Origin: Polynucleobacter sp.
GTDB lineage: Bacteria > Pseudomonadota > Gammaproteobacteria > Burkholderiales > Burkholderiaceae
Length of the DNA: 54,719 bases
Assembly (NCBI GenBank): GCA_036821065.1
Contig: DAISKI010000001.1
Location: 1-54,719 of the forward strand
Direction: 5' to 3'
Positions 20,359 to 37,184 of this stretch are shown piece after piece (position 1 is the first letter of the stretch; the number at the start of each line of letters is the position of its first letter). Both the position numbers and the translations under genes were made by a program. The notes under the pieces were generated by a model. That model was given only the letters and a program-made list of their open reading frames with translations, did not search any database and was not told the DNA's origin.

Positions 20359-21789
20359 CTAGCCTGGAAAATCAGCTAGACCAAACTTACTCATTTTTGA
20401 ACTGGCCTTATTGGAGTTTTTGTTAACCAATGGACCTAGAGCAACCAAAGTAATAAACAACAAATAAATTTCTATGTGATAAACGAAGCTATAGCCAGTC
20501 GCCGGACTGATGAGTGCAGAGCCAATCACTCCATTCATTGCCAAATCAGCCACTACGTCGCGCACCACTCCTCCTAATGACATCCCAATACCAGAGCAGG
20601 TTGCTGTAACTGCGCCCCAAGCACCAATGACCATTCCGCCCATGTTTTCTTTATCCATGCTCATTGCAATAGTTAATGTGCTCACGGCAAATAAGCCACC
20701 ACCAAAGCCAATCAGCAAGGCCCCTGCCCTGAATAAATTTGGCGAATTCATAGGTTCTGAAAAAATGACTAAGGTAAATGCAATCAAACCGAGCAGGAGG
20801 CCAACAGAAGCTATTCTGTATGCGTTATATCCTCGACCCAACCAACGCGCTGAGAGAGTAAAAGCAGCTAATGATCCACAAGCAATCAAGGCAGTCAAGA
20901 AACTGGTAGCAGACACATCTAGTTTTAGGATTTCTCCGCCATATGGCTCTAAGATGATGTCCTGCATGCTAAAAGCAGTAGTACCAAGTCCCAGCATGAT
21001 CAAAAATCGGCTTACATGTGGTGCTTTAATAAAGTCCTGCCAACTCTGACTAAATGTAGGCTGAGGAATTGAGGGGGATGTATTTTTTGGCTGTCTTGCC
21101 TCTTGTTTCCAAAGTGCAAATATATTTAGTAATAAGGTCGCTAGAGCTACCCCCTGAATAACTTTTACAAGTTGTAGTGGACTAAAGGGCTTTAAAAACA
21201 TGCTAAATAAAATTCCACTAAGCACCATACCTACTAGCAACATGACATACATCATTGCTACTACTCTTGGTCTATTTTTTTCATCTGCCAAATCTGTTGC
21301 AAGGGCCAAGCCTGCCGTTTGAGTTGTCTGCATACCAGCACCAACCAATAGGAAAGCAACGCCACTGCCTAGGTAACTAAACCAAATAGGCCAATGAGTA
21401 TCTCCGGAGAGAATAATTAACGCAAAAGGCATGATTGAAAGACCGCCAAATTGCAGCCAAGTTCCAATCCAAATATAGGGAACTCTTTTCCAACCCAATA
21501 TTGACCGATGAACATCAGACTTATGGCCAATCAGCGCTCTGAAAGGGGCAAAAATGAGAGGGAGCGCTACCATCAACGCAACTAGCCATGCTTCCATACC
21601 CAATTCGACAATCATGACACGGTTCAAAGTGCCAACCAACAATGAAGTAGCCATTCCAACTGTGACCTGGAATAAAGACAAGCGCAAGAGTCTACTCAAA
21701 GGTAGATTAGGCGTAGCTACATCAGCAAAAGGCAAAAACCGCGGATCTACCCGCATCCAGGTCTTAGCCATCTTGGATAACTTAAGCAT
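20359..21789 (-). CDS. lhaA: LH1 assembly factor LhaA (PucC family)
   Basis: LPFADVAT..LPLSRLLRLSLFQ and GTLNRVMIVEL motifs; bchM-lhaA-puhA synteny. Confidence 0.92.
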   Translation of the reverse strand: MLKLSKMAKTWMRVDPRFLPFADVATPNLPLSRLLRLSLFQVTVGMATSLLVGTLNRVMIVELGMEAWLVALMVALPLIFAPFRALIGHKSDVHRSILGWKRVPYIWIGTWLQFGGLSIMPFALIILSGDTHWPIWFSYLGSGVAFLLVGAGMQTTQTAGLALATDLADEKNRPRVVAMMYVMLLVGMVLSGILFSMFLKPFSPLQLVKVIQGVALATLLLNIFALWKQEARQPKNTSPSIPQPTFSQSWQDFIKAPHVSRFLIMLGLGTTAFSMQDIILEPYGGEILKLDVSATSFLTALIACGSLAAFTLSARWLGRGYNAYRIASVGLLLGLIAFTLVIFSEPMNSPNLFRAGALLIGFGGGLFAVSTLTIAMSMDKENMGGMVIGAWGAVTATCSGIGMSLGGVVRDVVADLAMNGVIGSALISPATGYSFVYHIEIYLLFITLVALGPLVNKNSNKASSKMSKFGLADFPG

Positions 21790-22486
21790 GATTTTTTTGC
21801 AACTCCATCAATTGCGACTTATAAAAACCACTCGATACCAAATTTGTAAAGGGAACGCTCCAGTCAAAGAACCATGGAGATTCAGAGATCAGTTTTTGAA
21901 GCTTGAGTTGGCTTATAGGCTCAATAAAAGGAGCTCTATTTTTTCTTGGAAACAGACGTCCAACTCGAATCATGACTTCTAGTGGCAATGTACTTGGTGC
22001 AAATGTGAATAAGATCTTATCTTTAACGCGAGGGGATAACTTCTCTAGAACTACTAGCATGTCGCTAGCGCAATAGTGAATCATTGAATCCATCCCCACA
22101 ACATAATCAAATTCTCCTAAAGCCTCATCCAGCATATCTCCAGCATGAAACTGAATATTTTGGCGATCACACTCCGGAATTCTGTCCTTTGCTAATTTAA
22201 TAAGCTTGGGTGATAAATCAACAGCGCTTACCTGGGCACCTTTTTTTGCCAATTCAAGAGCTAAAGCGCCCGTACCACATCCCGCATCAAGCACTCTTTT
22301 GCCATGAAGATTTTCTGGTAGCCGGCTAATAATGCTATTGCGCATTTCGTCTCTGCCTGCTCTCACGGTTGCCCTAATTCCACTTACCGGTACATCCGAT
22401 GTTAGTTTCGCCCAGGCGTCGAGAGCGGTTCGATCAAAATAATCTTGTAACTTACCGCGTCTACTTAAGTATGAAATAGCATCCAT
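21782..22486 (-). CDS. bchM: Mg-protoporphyrin IX methyltransferase
   Basis: YFDRTA, IRATVRAGRD and LDAGCGTG SAM motif. Confidence 0.96.
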   Translation of the reverse strand: MDAISYLSRRGKLQDYFDRTALDAWAKLTSDVPVSGIRATVRAGRDEMRNSIISRLPENLHGKRVLDAGCGTGALALELAKKGAQVSAVDLSPKLIKLAKDRIPECDRQNIQFHAGDMLDEALGEFDYVVGMDSMIHYCASDMLVVLEKLSPRVKDKILFTFAPSTLPLEVMIRVGRLFPRKNRAPFIEPISQLKLQKLISESPWFFDWSVPFTNLVSSGFYKSQLMELQKNHA

Positions 22487-22488
22487 GA

Positions 22489-27171
<4,683 letters not shown>

Positions 27172-27197
<26 letters not shown>

Positions 27198-28800
27198 CAT
27201 AGAGAGTTTCGATGGTGATACGACTAATACTATGCTCAACTGCAAATTTTTCTGTATTGCGACGTGCTTTTCCTCGGACAAAAAATGGAATCTTGCCCAA
27301 TTCTTTTTCAGCAGCAGCATCCCAAAGATTGGTTGGTGTATCGCCACTAAAAACTTCAGCGTTGACTTGAGCTACTTGAGCAATAACAGCATCTTCAGCG
27401 GGAGTCGAAACCCGAGTATGTTCTTTTGCGCTTGGGCTTCCATGGCCCAGATGAGATGAGGATGCATTAGCACTAAATTCAAAATCATCCCGGAACATCA
27501 TGATTAGATGTTCTTCAAGTCCCATCATCAGAGGGTGAATCCATGTATCAAATAGAACATTGGCGCCCTCAAAACCCATTTGAGGTGAATAGCGTGCTGG
27601 AAAGTCCTGGACATGAACTGGAGCCGAAATGACTGCACAAGGAACACCCAGTCTCTTGGCAATATGGCGTTCCATTTGAGTACCTAGCACCAGATCTGGA
27701 GCTAATTCAGATACCTTTTGCTCAACCTCTAAATAATCATCAGTAATCAGCGCTTCGATGCCATACGATTTTGCTGCCTCACGAACTTCACGGGCAAATT
27801 CACGACTATAAGTTCCTAAACCGACTACCTTGAAACCAATTTCTTCTGCGGCAACCTTAGCTGCAGCAATCGCATGGCTTGCATCACCGAAAATAAAGAC
27901 CCGTTTGTCGGTTAAATAAGTTGAATCAACTGATTTTGCATACCAGCGCGCCCGCTCCTCTTGACTAGCCAAGATAATCTCGGGATTCAGCTTCGCAAGC
28001 TGCGCTACCTCCTCAATAAATGCTTTAGTCGCTTTAGTACCAATTGGAATTGTCTTTGTAAATGGCTGACCAAAAGTTTTATTCAACCAAGTGCAAGTGA
28101 GTTGACTGATTTCGGGATATAACGACACGTTGAAATCTGCCTCAGGAATCTTGCTTAAATCTAATACAGATGCATCAAGAGGCGCGACCACCCTGACTTC
28201 AATACCCATCGCCTCTAACAAGCCTTGGATTTCTTTTACATCATCACGATTTCTGAACCCTAATGCTGTAGGCCCCAAGATATTGCAACTAGGCTTTTGT
28301 TGGGCGCCGTTATTTTCCAACCGCTGGGCTTGATACTGCTCCGCTGATATAGACTTATCAAATGGAACTAGAGCACGCACGATATGATAAAAAGTTTCCG
28401 ACGCACCCCAGTTTTCTTTTTTCTGATACGAAGGTAACTCGAGAGGAATTACTGGAATCGGTAGAGTAAGTGCTCTAGCTAGACCACCTGGATCATCTTG
28501 AATTAACTCGGCTGTGCAAGATGCTCCAACAATCATCGCCTTAGGTTGAAAACGCTGATAAGCATTATTCACAGAATCCTTGAACAGCTGTGCAGTGTCG
28601 CCGCCTAGATCCCTTGCCTGAAATGTAGTGTAAGTAACCGGGGGACGCTTGCGGGATCTGCCAATCATCGTGAAGAGCAGATCTGCATAAGTATCCCCTT
28701 GGGGAGAATGCAAAACATAATGCAAATCAGTCATGGAAGCTGCAATCCGCATTGCACCAATATGTGGAGGGCCTTCATAAGTCCATAGCGTTAGTTGCAT
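27172..28800 (-). CDS. bchB: DPOR subunit B
   Basis: [28 protein letters not shown] and C-terminal PCP-red domain ([14 protein letters not shown]). Confidence 0.97.
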
Positions 28801-28811
28801 GGCCCTATTCC

Positions 28812-30574
<1,763 letters not shown>

Positions 30575-30600
30575 TTTTTGGCGTTGCCTTATTGGCTTTG

Positions 30601-30729
30601 TGTAAACAAAACTTTACGCCAAATATATCTTACTAGAACTAGTACTTACCCCTAGTAATACTAGTATAAACCCTTATTTAATGAAAATAATTGCTTTATT
30701 TAATCCATAAGTGTAATAATTATTTTACA
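30601..30729. promoter_or_regulatory. Divergent bchF / aerR-ppsR promoter region with two PpsR boxes
   Basis: TGTAAACAAAACTTTACG (30601-30618, one mismatch) and TGTAATAATTATTTTACA (30712-30729); TTGCTT-N17-TAATAA on the + strand overlaps the second box. Confidence 0.8.
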
Positions 30730-30771
30730 TATAAGTAGCATTTTTAGGCAACCTTATCCTCGGAGCTATTG

Positions 30772-31602
30772 ATGGATTCACTGGTCAAAAAAGAACTCAT
30801 CAGAGAAGTATTCAGCACTCAATTGCCCAGGTTGGTTCAAGAGATTGAGCGTAAGGTTGATAAATCCCCTTTTGGACCCTCCTCGAATGGAAACTGGCAC
30901 CTAACAGCACAAAGTCATCGCTCACAAAAAGATGTGCTTGATGAAGAAGAAATCAACAGAATTACCCAGCTATTACTAGATACGGAAGAAGGTGCGTTCG
31001 AGCTTGCAATTACCGTACTCAAAACTCATGGGGCATCAATCAACTATATTGTGCTGGAGCTTATTCCTGAAATTGCTAAAAAACTGGGCAAACAATGGGA
31101 AGAGGACACATTAAGCTTTGCTGAGGTATCCATTGGGGTTAGCAAGCTAGAGCGAGCAATACATAAGCTAGATTATTTATTCCAAGCCTCCCAATTAGAA
31201 AAGCGACAGAATAAATCAATCGTGATTTCTTCCTTTCCAGACTCGCAGCACTCTCTGGGAACCTTGATTCTGTCTAATTTCTTTACCCACTCTGGATGGC
31301 AGGTTTATCGGCCGACAAACAATAGCCTTCATTCAATCATTCATGAAATTGAAGCAAAGCATCATGATGTGCTGGGTATATCGATTTCTACCTATGAACA
31401 ACTTCAACAGCTTCCAAGCTTAATTCAGTTACTCAAAGAAAAATCTAATAACCCTCAAATCATTGTTCTTATTGGGGGTCCGCTCTATAATAAATCGCCT
31501 GAAAAATTTAATCATATTCAGGCAGATGTCAAAGCTTTTACACCTGAAGAATCTGTACAAAAGTTAGATCAGCATCTCAGCTTACTAGAAAAAAATACTT
31601 AG
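30772..31602 (+). CDS. ppaA: Cobalamin-binding antirepressor AerR/PpaA
   Basis: LGKQWEEDTLSFAEVSIG and PDSQHSLG motifs; immediately upstream of ppsR; GGAG RBS before ATG 30772. Confidence 0.88.
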   Translation: MDSLVKKELIREVFSTQLPRLVQEIERKVDKSPFGPSSNGNWHLTAQSHRSQKDVLDEEEINRITQLLLDTEEGAFELAITVLKTHGASINYIVLELIPEIAKKLGKQWEEDTLSFAEVSIGVSKLERAIHKLDYLFQASQLEKRQNKSIVISSFPDSQHSLGTLILSNFFTHSGWQVYRPTNNSLHSIIHEIEAKHHDVLGISISTYEQLQQLPSLIQLLKEKSNNPQIIVLIGGPLYNKSPEKFNHIQADVKAFTPEESVQKLDQHLSLLEKNT

Positions 31603-31623
31603 ATGCATAAGTAGAAAGAAATT

Positions 31624-33036
31624 GTGAATTTAGCCTCACCCGAACTAAATACATTAAGTACAAACCTAGCAGCTTCACTGCTTGCCCATTCTGTTGATCT
31701 CGTATTAGTCATTGACCAATCTGGAATGATTGAACAGGTCATCGATGGCTCTAAGCCTGTTCACCCCAAGACACAGTCATTACTTGGGAAAAAATGGATC
31801 GATACTGTTGCGATTGATAGTCAGCCGAAAGTAAACGCGCTGCTTAAAACTACCGCTAATAGTGAAGAGCAAAATTGGCGTCAAGTAAACCAAGAGATGG
31901 GTGACTCTTCATCTATTCCAATTCAATTCAGCACGCTCTTTTTTGAAAAGCAAAATAAACTCATTGCTATTGGAAAAGATCTTAGTAGTCTCTCTACTCT
32001 GCAGCAAAAATTGGTTCAATCTCAACAAGAAATTGAGCGCGACTACGCTAGTCTTCATGCAATTGAAAATCGCTACCTACAATTATTTAATAGTATTGAT
32101 CAGGCCTACCTAATTATTGACAGCATGACGCTGAAAATTTTAGAGGTAAATAAATCTGCTGGATTTTTAGTGGGTGATCTTAAAAAGATTCAAGGCAAAC
32201 TTTTCACCAATCTTTTTCCACCTAAGGATCATATTGCGATACAAGAATATCTTGCCGGCTCAAAGTCGGGGATCATGCAGTCCTCGATTCATACGACACT
32301 TGAGAATCTCAAGGAAGATGTAGAAATTTCTAGCGTGCTTCTACGTGAAGGTAATCGAAATATATGTCTAGCGACAATTAAGCCCAAGGCTAATGGCATT
32401 CAAATTGGCAATGCAAGCGATCAAAGTGTTTTAGTCTCGCAGGCAGTTGAAGATTTTCAAGATGGTTTCATCATTTGCAGCGCTAATGGTGTTATCTTGA
32501 CCGCGAATAACGCCTTCCTTTCGATGTCACAATCTACCCAGAAAGATAATATTCTAGGTAAATCTTTTGAGCTATGGCTTGGCCGTGCCAGTATTGATCT
32601 AAAGATTATTCTAGGCACTGTACGTGAGCATGGGGTAATTAAAGACTATGCAACAACTATCACCACCGATGATGGTAGCTCACCACTAAATGTAATGATC
32701 TCGGCAACAAACTTTAATGCTGGAAAATTATCAGCTGTAGCTATTGGCATCCATCAACTATCAATAACTACTCGTGAACCAGCCAGTAAATCAGATAACT
32801 TAGGCAAAAATGCAAAAGAGCTGACTCAATTGGTTGGCAAAGTGCCTCTTAAGCAAATCGTCACTGAGACAACTGACATTATTGAAAAACTTTGCATCCT
32901 AGCAGCCCTTGATCTCACTATGTCTAATAGGGCTTCAGCAGCTGAGTTACTTGGATTATCGCGCCAAGGTCTTTATATCAAGATGAGACGTTTTGGCATT
33001 GTCGATAGCAATGCTAGCGATGATTTAGATTCATAA
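31624..33036 (+). CDS. ppsR: Photosynthesis gene repressor PpsR/CrtJ
   Basis: PAS domains with Q-linker, IIEKLCI redox Cys, Fis-type HTH NRASAAELLGLSRQGLY. Confidence 0.96.
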   Translation: MNLASPELNTLSTNLAASLLAHSVDLVLVIDQSGMIEQVIDGSKPVHPKTQSLLGKKWIDTVAIDSQPKVNALLKTTANSEEQNWRQVNQEMGDSSSIPIQFSTLFFEKQNKLIAIGKDLSSLSTLQQKLVQSQQEIERDYASLHAIENRYLQLFNSIDQAYLIIDSMTLKILEVNKSAGFLVGDLKKIQGKLFTNLFPPKDHIAIQEYLAGSKSGIMQSSIHTTLENLKEDVEISSVLLREGNRNICLATIKPKANGIQIGNASDQSVLVSQAVEDFQDGFIICSANGVILTANNAFLSMSQSTQKDNILGKSFELWLGRASIDLKIILGTVREHGVIKDYATTITTDDGSSPLNVMISATNFNAGKLSAVAIGIHQLSITTREPASKSDNLGKNAKELTQLVGKVPLKQIVTETTDIIEKLCILAALDLTMSNRASAAELLGLSRQGLYIKMRRFGIVDSNASDDLDS

Positions 33037-33042
33037 AATTTC

Positions 33043-33735
33043 ATGAGTACGCAGACGGCAGTATTGGTTTTAATAGATATTGCGTCTGGATCTCGATTGT
33101 GGGGCTTTAGCCGCTATATCCTTGGAAAATTTCCTTTTAAAAATATTCCTGGGCTAGTCTTTTGCAAAGTTCTGGGATCCGGTTTTGAAGGTGGCTTCAG
33201 CACAAAACCAAGCCTTACAAAACAGGGGTTCTTCTGTGTGTTTGATACTAGTCAAAATGCTGAGATTTTTCAGCAATCAGCCCCCATCGTAAAAGCTTAC
33301 AGCTCCCATGCTAATGAGTTCTTCGTAGCTACTCTTTATCCGTATTCCAGTCGAGGATCATGGTCTGGTTTTTCGATGGACAGGTTAAGTCTTCCCCCTG
33401 TAAATGAGCCGATAGCCTCTCTTACCAGAGCATCAATCAGACCTTTTAAGGCCATGCAATTTTGGGCCAAAGCAAAACCAGCAGAACAGGCTATCAAAGA
33501 AGCGGCTGGAGCAATTTTGACAGCCGGACTTGGGGAGGCACCTTACTTTCGTCAGGCCACATTTACTATTTGGGAAAATCTTAAGTCTATTGATGAGTAT
33601 GCTCAATCTGGCGCACATCTCTCTGCTATAAAAGCGGCGTATGGCGAGGATTACTTTTCGGAGTCTATGTTCACTCGCTTTAAGGTCGGTTCAGCCAGCG
33701 GGATTTGGCAAGGAAAACATGTCCAAATCCCCTAA
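33043..33735 (+). CDS. crtA: Spheroidene monooxygenase (carotenoid 2-ketolase)
   Basis: KVLGSGFEGGF, LTRASIR, GLGEAP, QATFTIW and FSESMFTRF motifs. Confidence 0.92.
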   Translation: MSTQTAVLVLIDIASGSRLWGFSRYILGKFPFKNIPGLVFCKVLGSGFEGGFSTKPSLTKQGFFCVFDTSQNAEIFQQSAPIVKAYSSHANEFFVATLYPYSSRGSWSGFSMDRLSLPPVNEPIASLTRASIRPFKAMQFWAKAKPAEQAIKEAAGAILTAGLGEAPYFRQATFTIWENLKSIDEYAQSGAHLSAIKAAYGEDYFSESMFTRFKVGSASGIWQGKHVQIP

Positions 33736-35212
33736 AGTCATCGTTGTTGGTGCCGGAATTGCAGGCCTTACCGCGGCCCTAGAGCTAGCTCATCATGGTC
33801 TTGATGTCACAGTTCTTGAAAAGAATGCTTATCCTGGCGGGAAAATTCGTCAAATCGATGTTGATGGTGCACTCATAGACTCAGGACCTACCGTATTTAC
33901 AATGCGCTGGGTTTTTGAGAAATTATTTGATGATTGCGACGAAAATTTTGCTTCTGAATTTGACCTAGAAGCTCTCGATATCCTTGCCCGGCACAGCTGG
34001 GGCGATAACTATCTAGACTTATATGCTGATAAGAAAAAGAGTGCGGATGCTATCGCTCAGTTTTCCAATCCTCAGCAAGCAAAATTATTTTTAGAGTTTT
34101 GTAGTACTGCTAAAAAGGTTTATGAATCTTTAAGAAAACCTTTTATAGAATCTCAACGTCCTAGCATGCTTGGAATGATGAGCGCATTAGGGATTCAGAA
34201 AAGTAAAATATTATGGGACATCGGTCCATTTAGTAGTCTTTGGTCCGCCCTTGAAAAATACTTTCCAGATCCACGTATGCACCAACTCTTCGGACGTTAT
34301 GCAACCTACTGTGGTTCATCACCCTATTTGGCACCAGCAACCTTAATGCTAATTGCCCAAGTAGAAATGGATGGAGTTTGGTCAATTAAAGGTGGTATGG
34401 CAAAGATACCTGAGGTGATAGCCAGACTAGCGCAAAAAAAAGGTTGCCAATTCCGTTACGGATCGGAGGTTCATTCTCTTCAAATAAACGGCTCGAAAAT
34501 TAGCGGCGTAAATCTAAAGAATGGCGAATCTCTGGAGTGCGATTACCTCATTTTTAATGGTGATATAAATGCCCTCAAAAATCATTTAGTAGGCGAGAAG
34601 GCAAGTACCGCAATACCCGCTAATCTAAAACAAGCAGATTCCCTTTCAGCGGTAACCTGGTCAATGAAGGTAAAAACTTCTGGGTTTCCGTTAGTACGGC
34701 ACAACGTATTTTTCAATCAACCCTATCAGAGTGAATTTTCTGATATTTTTGAAAAGCAGCGCCTACCACTCAACCCGACTGTCTATATCTGTGCTCAAGA
34801 TAGAAATGATTTAGCACTTGAGAATAAGCAGTTTGAAAGACTGCTGTGTTTAGTGAATGCCCCAGCGAATGGTTCAAACAAACCTTATAACAATGAGGAA
34901 ATCGATCAATGCGAACAAAAAGCATTTTTACTCATGCGTCAATATGGGCTCAATCTGGAGGAAGCTCAGATTACCCGAACGACCCCTCAGGATTTTTCAG
35001 CACTATTTCCGGGTCGAGGGGGCGCACTATACGGCCAAGCAACCCATGGATGGATGAGCTCATTTCACAGACTAGGTTCTCAATCACAAATCAAGAACCT
35101 CCTGCTAGCGGGGGGCAGCACTCATCCGGGTCCAGGAGTTCCAATGGCAGCCATGTCAGGACGATTGGCGGCCGCAACCCTGATGGATCACCTAGGTTTG
35201 ACCAAGCAGTAG
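33719..35212 (+). CDS. crtD: 1-hydroxycarotenoid 3,4-desaturase
   Basis: GAGIAG FAD motif, DSGPTVFTM, GRYATYCGSSP and HPGPGVPMA motifs; AAGGA RBS before ATG 33719. Confidence 0.94.
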   Translation: MSKSPKVIVVGAGIAGLTAALELAHHGLDVTVLEKNAYPGGKIRQIDVDGALIDSGPTVFTMRWVFEKLFDDCDENFASEFDLEALDILARHSWGDNYLDLYADKKKSADAIAQFSNPQQAKLFLEFCSTAKKVYESLRKPFIESQRPSMLGMMSALGIQKSKILWDIGPFSSLWSALEKYFPDPRMHQLFGRYATYCGSSPYLAPATLMLIAQVEMDGVWSIKGGMAKIPEVIARLAQKKGCQFRYGSEVHSLQINGSKISGVNLKNGESLECDYLIFNGDINALKNHLVGEKASTAIPANLKQADSLSAVTWSMKVKTSGFPLVRHNVFFNQPYQSEFSDIFEKQRLPLNPTVYICAQDRNDLALENKQFERLLCLVNAPANGSNKPYNNEEIDQCEQKAFLLMRQYGLNLEEAQITRTTPQDFSALFPGRGGALYGQATHGWMSSFHRLGSQSQIKNLLLAGGSTHPGPGVPMAAMSGRLAAATLMDHLGLTKQ

Positions 35213-36129
35213 ATCCAGGCAACTATCTCTGGTGGTATGTAGATGGTCTTAGCGATGATGGACTATACGGATTTAGCATCATTGCTTTTGTTGGCAGTGT
35301 CTTCTCGCCCTATTATGCTTGGGCTAATAAAAGTGCACCCGCTCAAGCTGATAACTTTTGCGCTATTAATGTAGCGCTTTATACCCCTACTAAAAAATAT
35401 TGGACGATGACTGAGCGAGGCAGAAATGCCATTCATCGCACAGCTGACCAGTTCACTATCGGCCCCAGCCAATTGAGTTGGCAGAATGACACTCTGACGA
35501 TCACCATTAATGAAAGAGTTCCTTTACTTGGTCAAAGAGTTCAAGGAAGTATCAAGGTCCATACAGAACAACTTTTTAATCACGTAGTAAGCCTTGATGA
35601 TCGCCAGAAGCATCGCTGGGGTCCAATTGCCCCGTCTTCGAGAGTCGAAGTATCTTTCAATAAACCCGATCTACATTGGCAAGGTAATGCTTACTTTGAC
35701 TCTAATGAAGGAGATGAGGCTATCAATAAACCTTTTAGCGAGTGGGACTGGTCACGGGCTCACTTAAAGGATGGAAGCACTGCCGTAATTTATGATGTTC
35801 GGCAAAAGAACGGGGCAGAAAAAGTATTGGCAACCAAATTTAATGTTGACGGTAGCACTGAAGATTTTTTAGCACCAAAGAGGTTTGAACTTCGCAAAAC
35901 CGGCTGGAGAATTCAGCGCAATATGCGTTCTGAACCAGATCAAAAAGTCTCAGTAATCAATACTTTGGAAGACACACCCTTTTATGCTCGCTCGATGATT
36001 GCATCAAAGCTGCTAGGGGAAGATGTTGTCTCGATGCATGAGACATTGAATGTAAAACGCCTTGAATCCAACATTGTGCAATTCATGCTGCCTTGGAGGA
36101 TGCCTAGGAATCCAACGCGTATTTACTAG
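34909..36129 (+). CDS. crtC: Acyclic carotenoid 1,2-hydratase
   Basis: YLWWYVDGLSDDG, FVGSVFSPYY, HRWGPIAP, YFDSNEG and EDTPFY motifs; start uncertain and lies inside crtD. Confidence 0.92.
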   Translation: MRTKSIFTHASIWAQSGGSSDYPNDPSGFFSTISGSRGRTIRPSNPWMDELISQTRFSITNQEPPASGGQHSSGSRSSNGSHVRTIGGRNPDGSPRFDQAVDPGNYLWWYVDGLSDDGLYGFSIIAFVGSVFSPYYAWANKSAPAQADNFCAINVALYTPTKKYWTMTERGRNAIHRTADQFTIGPSQLSWQNDTLTITINERVPLLGQRVQGSIKVHTEQLFNHVVSLDDRQKHRWGPIAPSSRVEVSFNKPDLHWQGNAYFDSNEGDEAINKPFSEWDWSRAHLKDGSTAVIYDVRQKNGAEKVLATKFNVDGSTEDFLAPKRFELRKTGWRIQRNMRSEPDQKVSVINTLEDTPFYARSMIASKLLGEDVVSMHETLNVKRLESNIVQFMLPWRMPRNPTRIY

Positions 36130-37184
36130 TGCCGAGCAAGAGAATGATATGCGTCAATTTTTCTATGCTCTACCTTCTCCAAAAGGCTAACAACCCAAAT
36201 GAGCCTATCCTCCACTGATCCGCTGTAATGAGCGTACTGCTCTTCTGGTTCGACTGTATCAACTAAAAACTGGACCGCAGGAATAGTATCTAATTTTTGG
36301 GTTGGCTTTACGCTGTAAATTGCTGCTCCTAAAGATTTCAGAAGCAATAGAACTTTTCTTTTCTTAGATACAACAGCTCTTTTACTAATTGAATCCATCC
36401 CCTGCCGCTCAATTTGTCTTCCAATTTCAGAATAAATCAAACTAGCAGCCGCTATTGCTGAACGACAATTTCTTGGCAAGCCTGAAAATCCATATGCAGA
36501 ACGCTCATATAAATCATCTGCATACTTAATCAGCCTTTGATTGACGCGTAAGATGCCATCATTAAAAACTGGATTTTTAAGCCACTGATCGGGATCTATA
36601 TTTTCTTCTTGGAGCCAAGCTCTGGGCAGATAAAGACGCTGATTACGGGCATCCTCCCCAACATCGCGCGCAATATTAGTCAGTTGCATTGCTAGGCCAA
36701 GCTCACATGCACGCTCGAGCACTGCTCGATCTCTGATTCCCATAATCAGCGTCATCATGACGCCAACTGTTGAGGCCACTCTAGCAGCATAGTCACATAA
36801 CTCTTCTATAGTTTGATATTGACGGCCAGTACGATCCCATTTAAATCCCTCTACCAAAGCCTCTAAGAGGTCTCGAGGGATCAAAAATCGCTCAACTACT
36901 AGCGCCAATGCCCTATCAGCTGGGATATCTAAAGGATTTTGCGCATAAATGCGATCTAATCGATATTCAATCTGTTCGATGACATTATCAGAAGCATTTT
37001 GATCATCCACCATATCATCTAGCAAACGACAAAAAGCATACAACGCGATAGCAGAATCTCGAATATTAGAAGGCAGAATCCTGGATGCAGAGAAAAAAGA
37101 TTTCGATCCATCTCGCATCAAATTCTCACAAGAGAGTAGATCGAGCTGAAATCCGTACTCCGCTGTAATTGCTCTATCGTGCAT
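36126..37184 (-). CDS. crtB: Phytoene synthase
   Basis: GSKSF, LYAFCRLLDDMVD, YAARVASTVG and QLTNIARDVGED motifs. Confidence 0.96.
   Translation of the reverse strand: MHDRAITAEYGFQLDLLSCENLMRDGSKSFFSASRILPSNIRDSAIALYAFCRLLDDMVDDQNASDNVIEQIEYRLDRIYAQNPLDIPADRALALVVERFLIPRDLLEALVEGFKWDRTGRQYQTIEELCDYAARVASTVGVMMTLIMGIRDRAVLERACELGLAMQLTNIARDVGEDARNQRLYLPRAWLQEENIDPDQWLKNPVFNDGILRVNQRLIKYADDLYERSAYGFSGLPRNCRSAIAAASLIYSEIGRQIERQGMDSISKRAVVSKKRKVLLLLKSLGAAIYSVKPTQKLDTIPAVQFLVDTVEPEEQYAHYSGSVEDRLIWVVSLLEKVEHRKIDAYHSLARH

Noticed and set aside
20510..21049. 179-aa + strand ORF and the many other 60-140 aa antisense or out-of-frame ORFs within PGC genes
   Set aside because: They lie wholly over well-supported genes and show no RBS or family motifs, as expected of shadow ORFs.
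27198..27347. Apparent N-terminal extension of BchH (similarly Dxs 9961-10032, CrtD 33641-33718, BchX 46517-46531)
   Set aside because: Longest-ORF artefacts overlapping the upstream genes; downstream starts fit family N-termini and RBS or stop-start coupling better.
30632..30676. Repeated CTAG/ACTAG words suggesting a short repeat array
   Set aside because: Too short and irregular for CRISPR or a tandem repeat; explained by two adjacent copies of the ACCCT-type motif.
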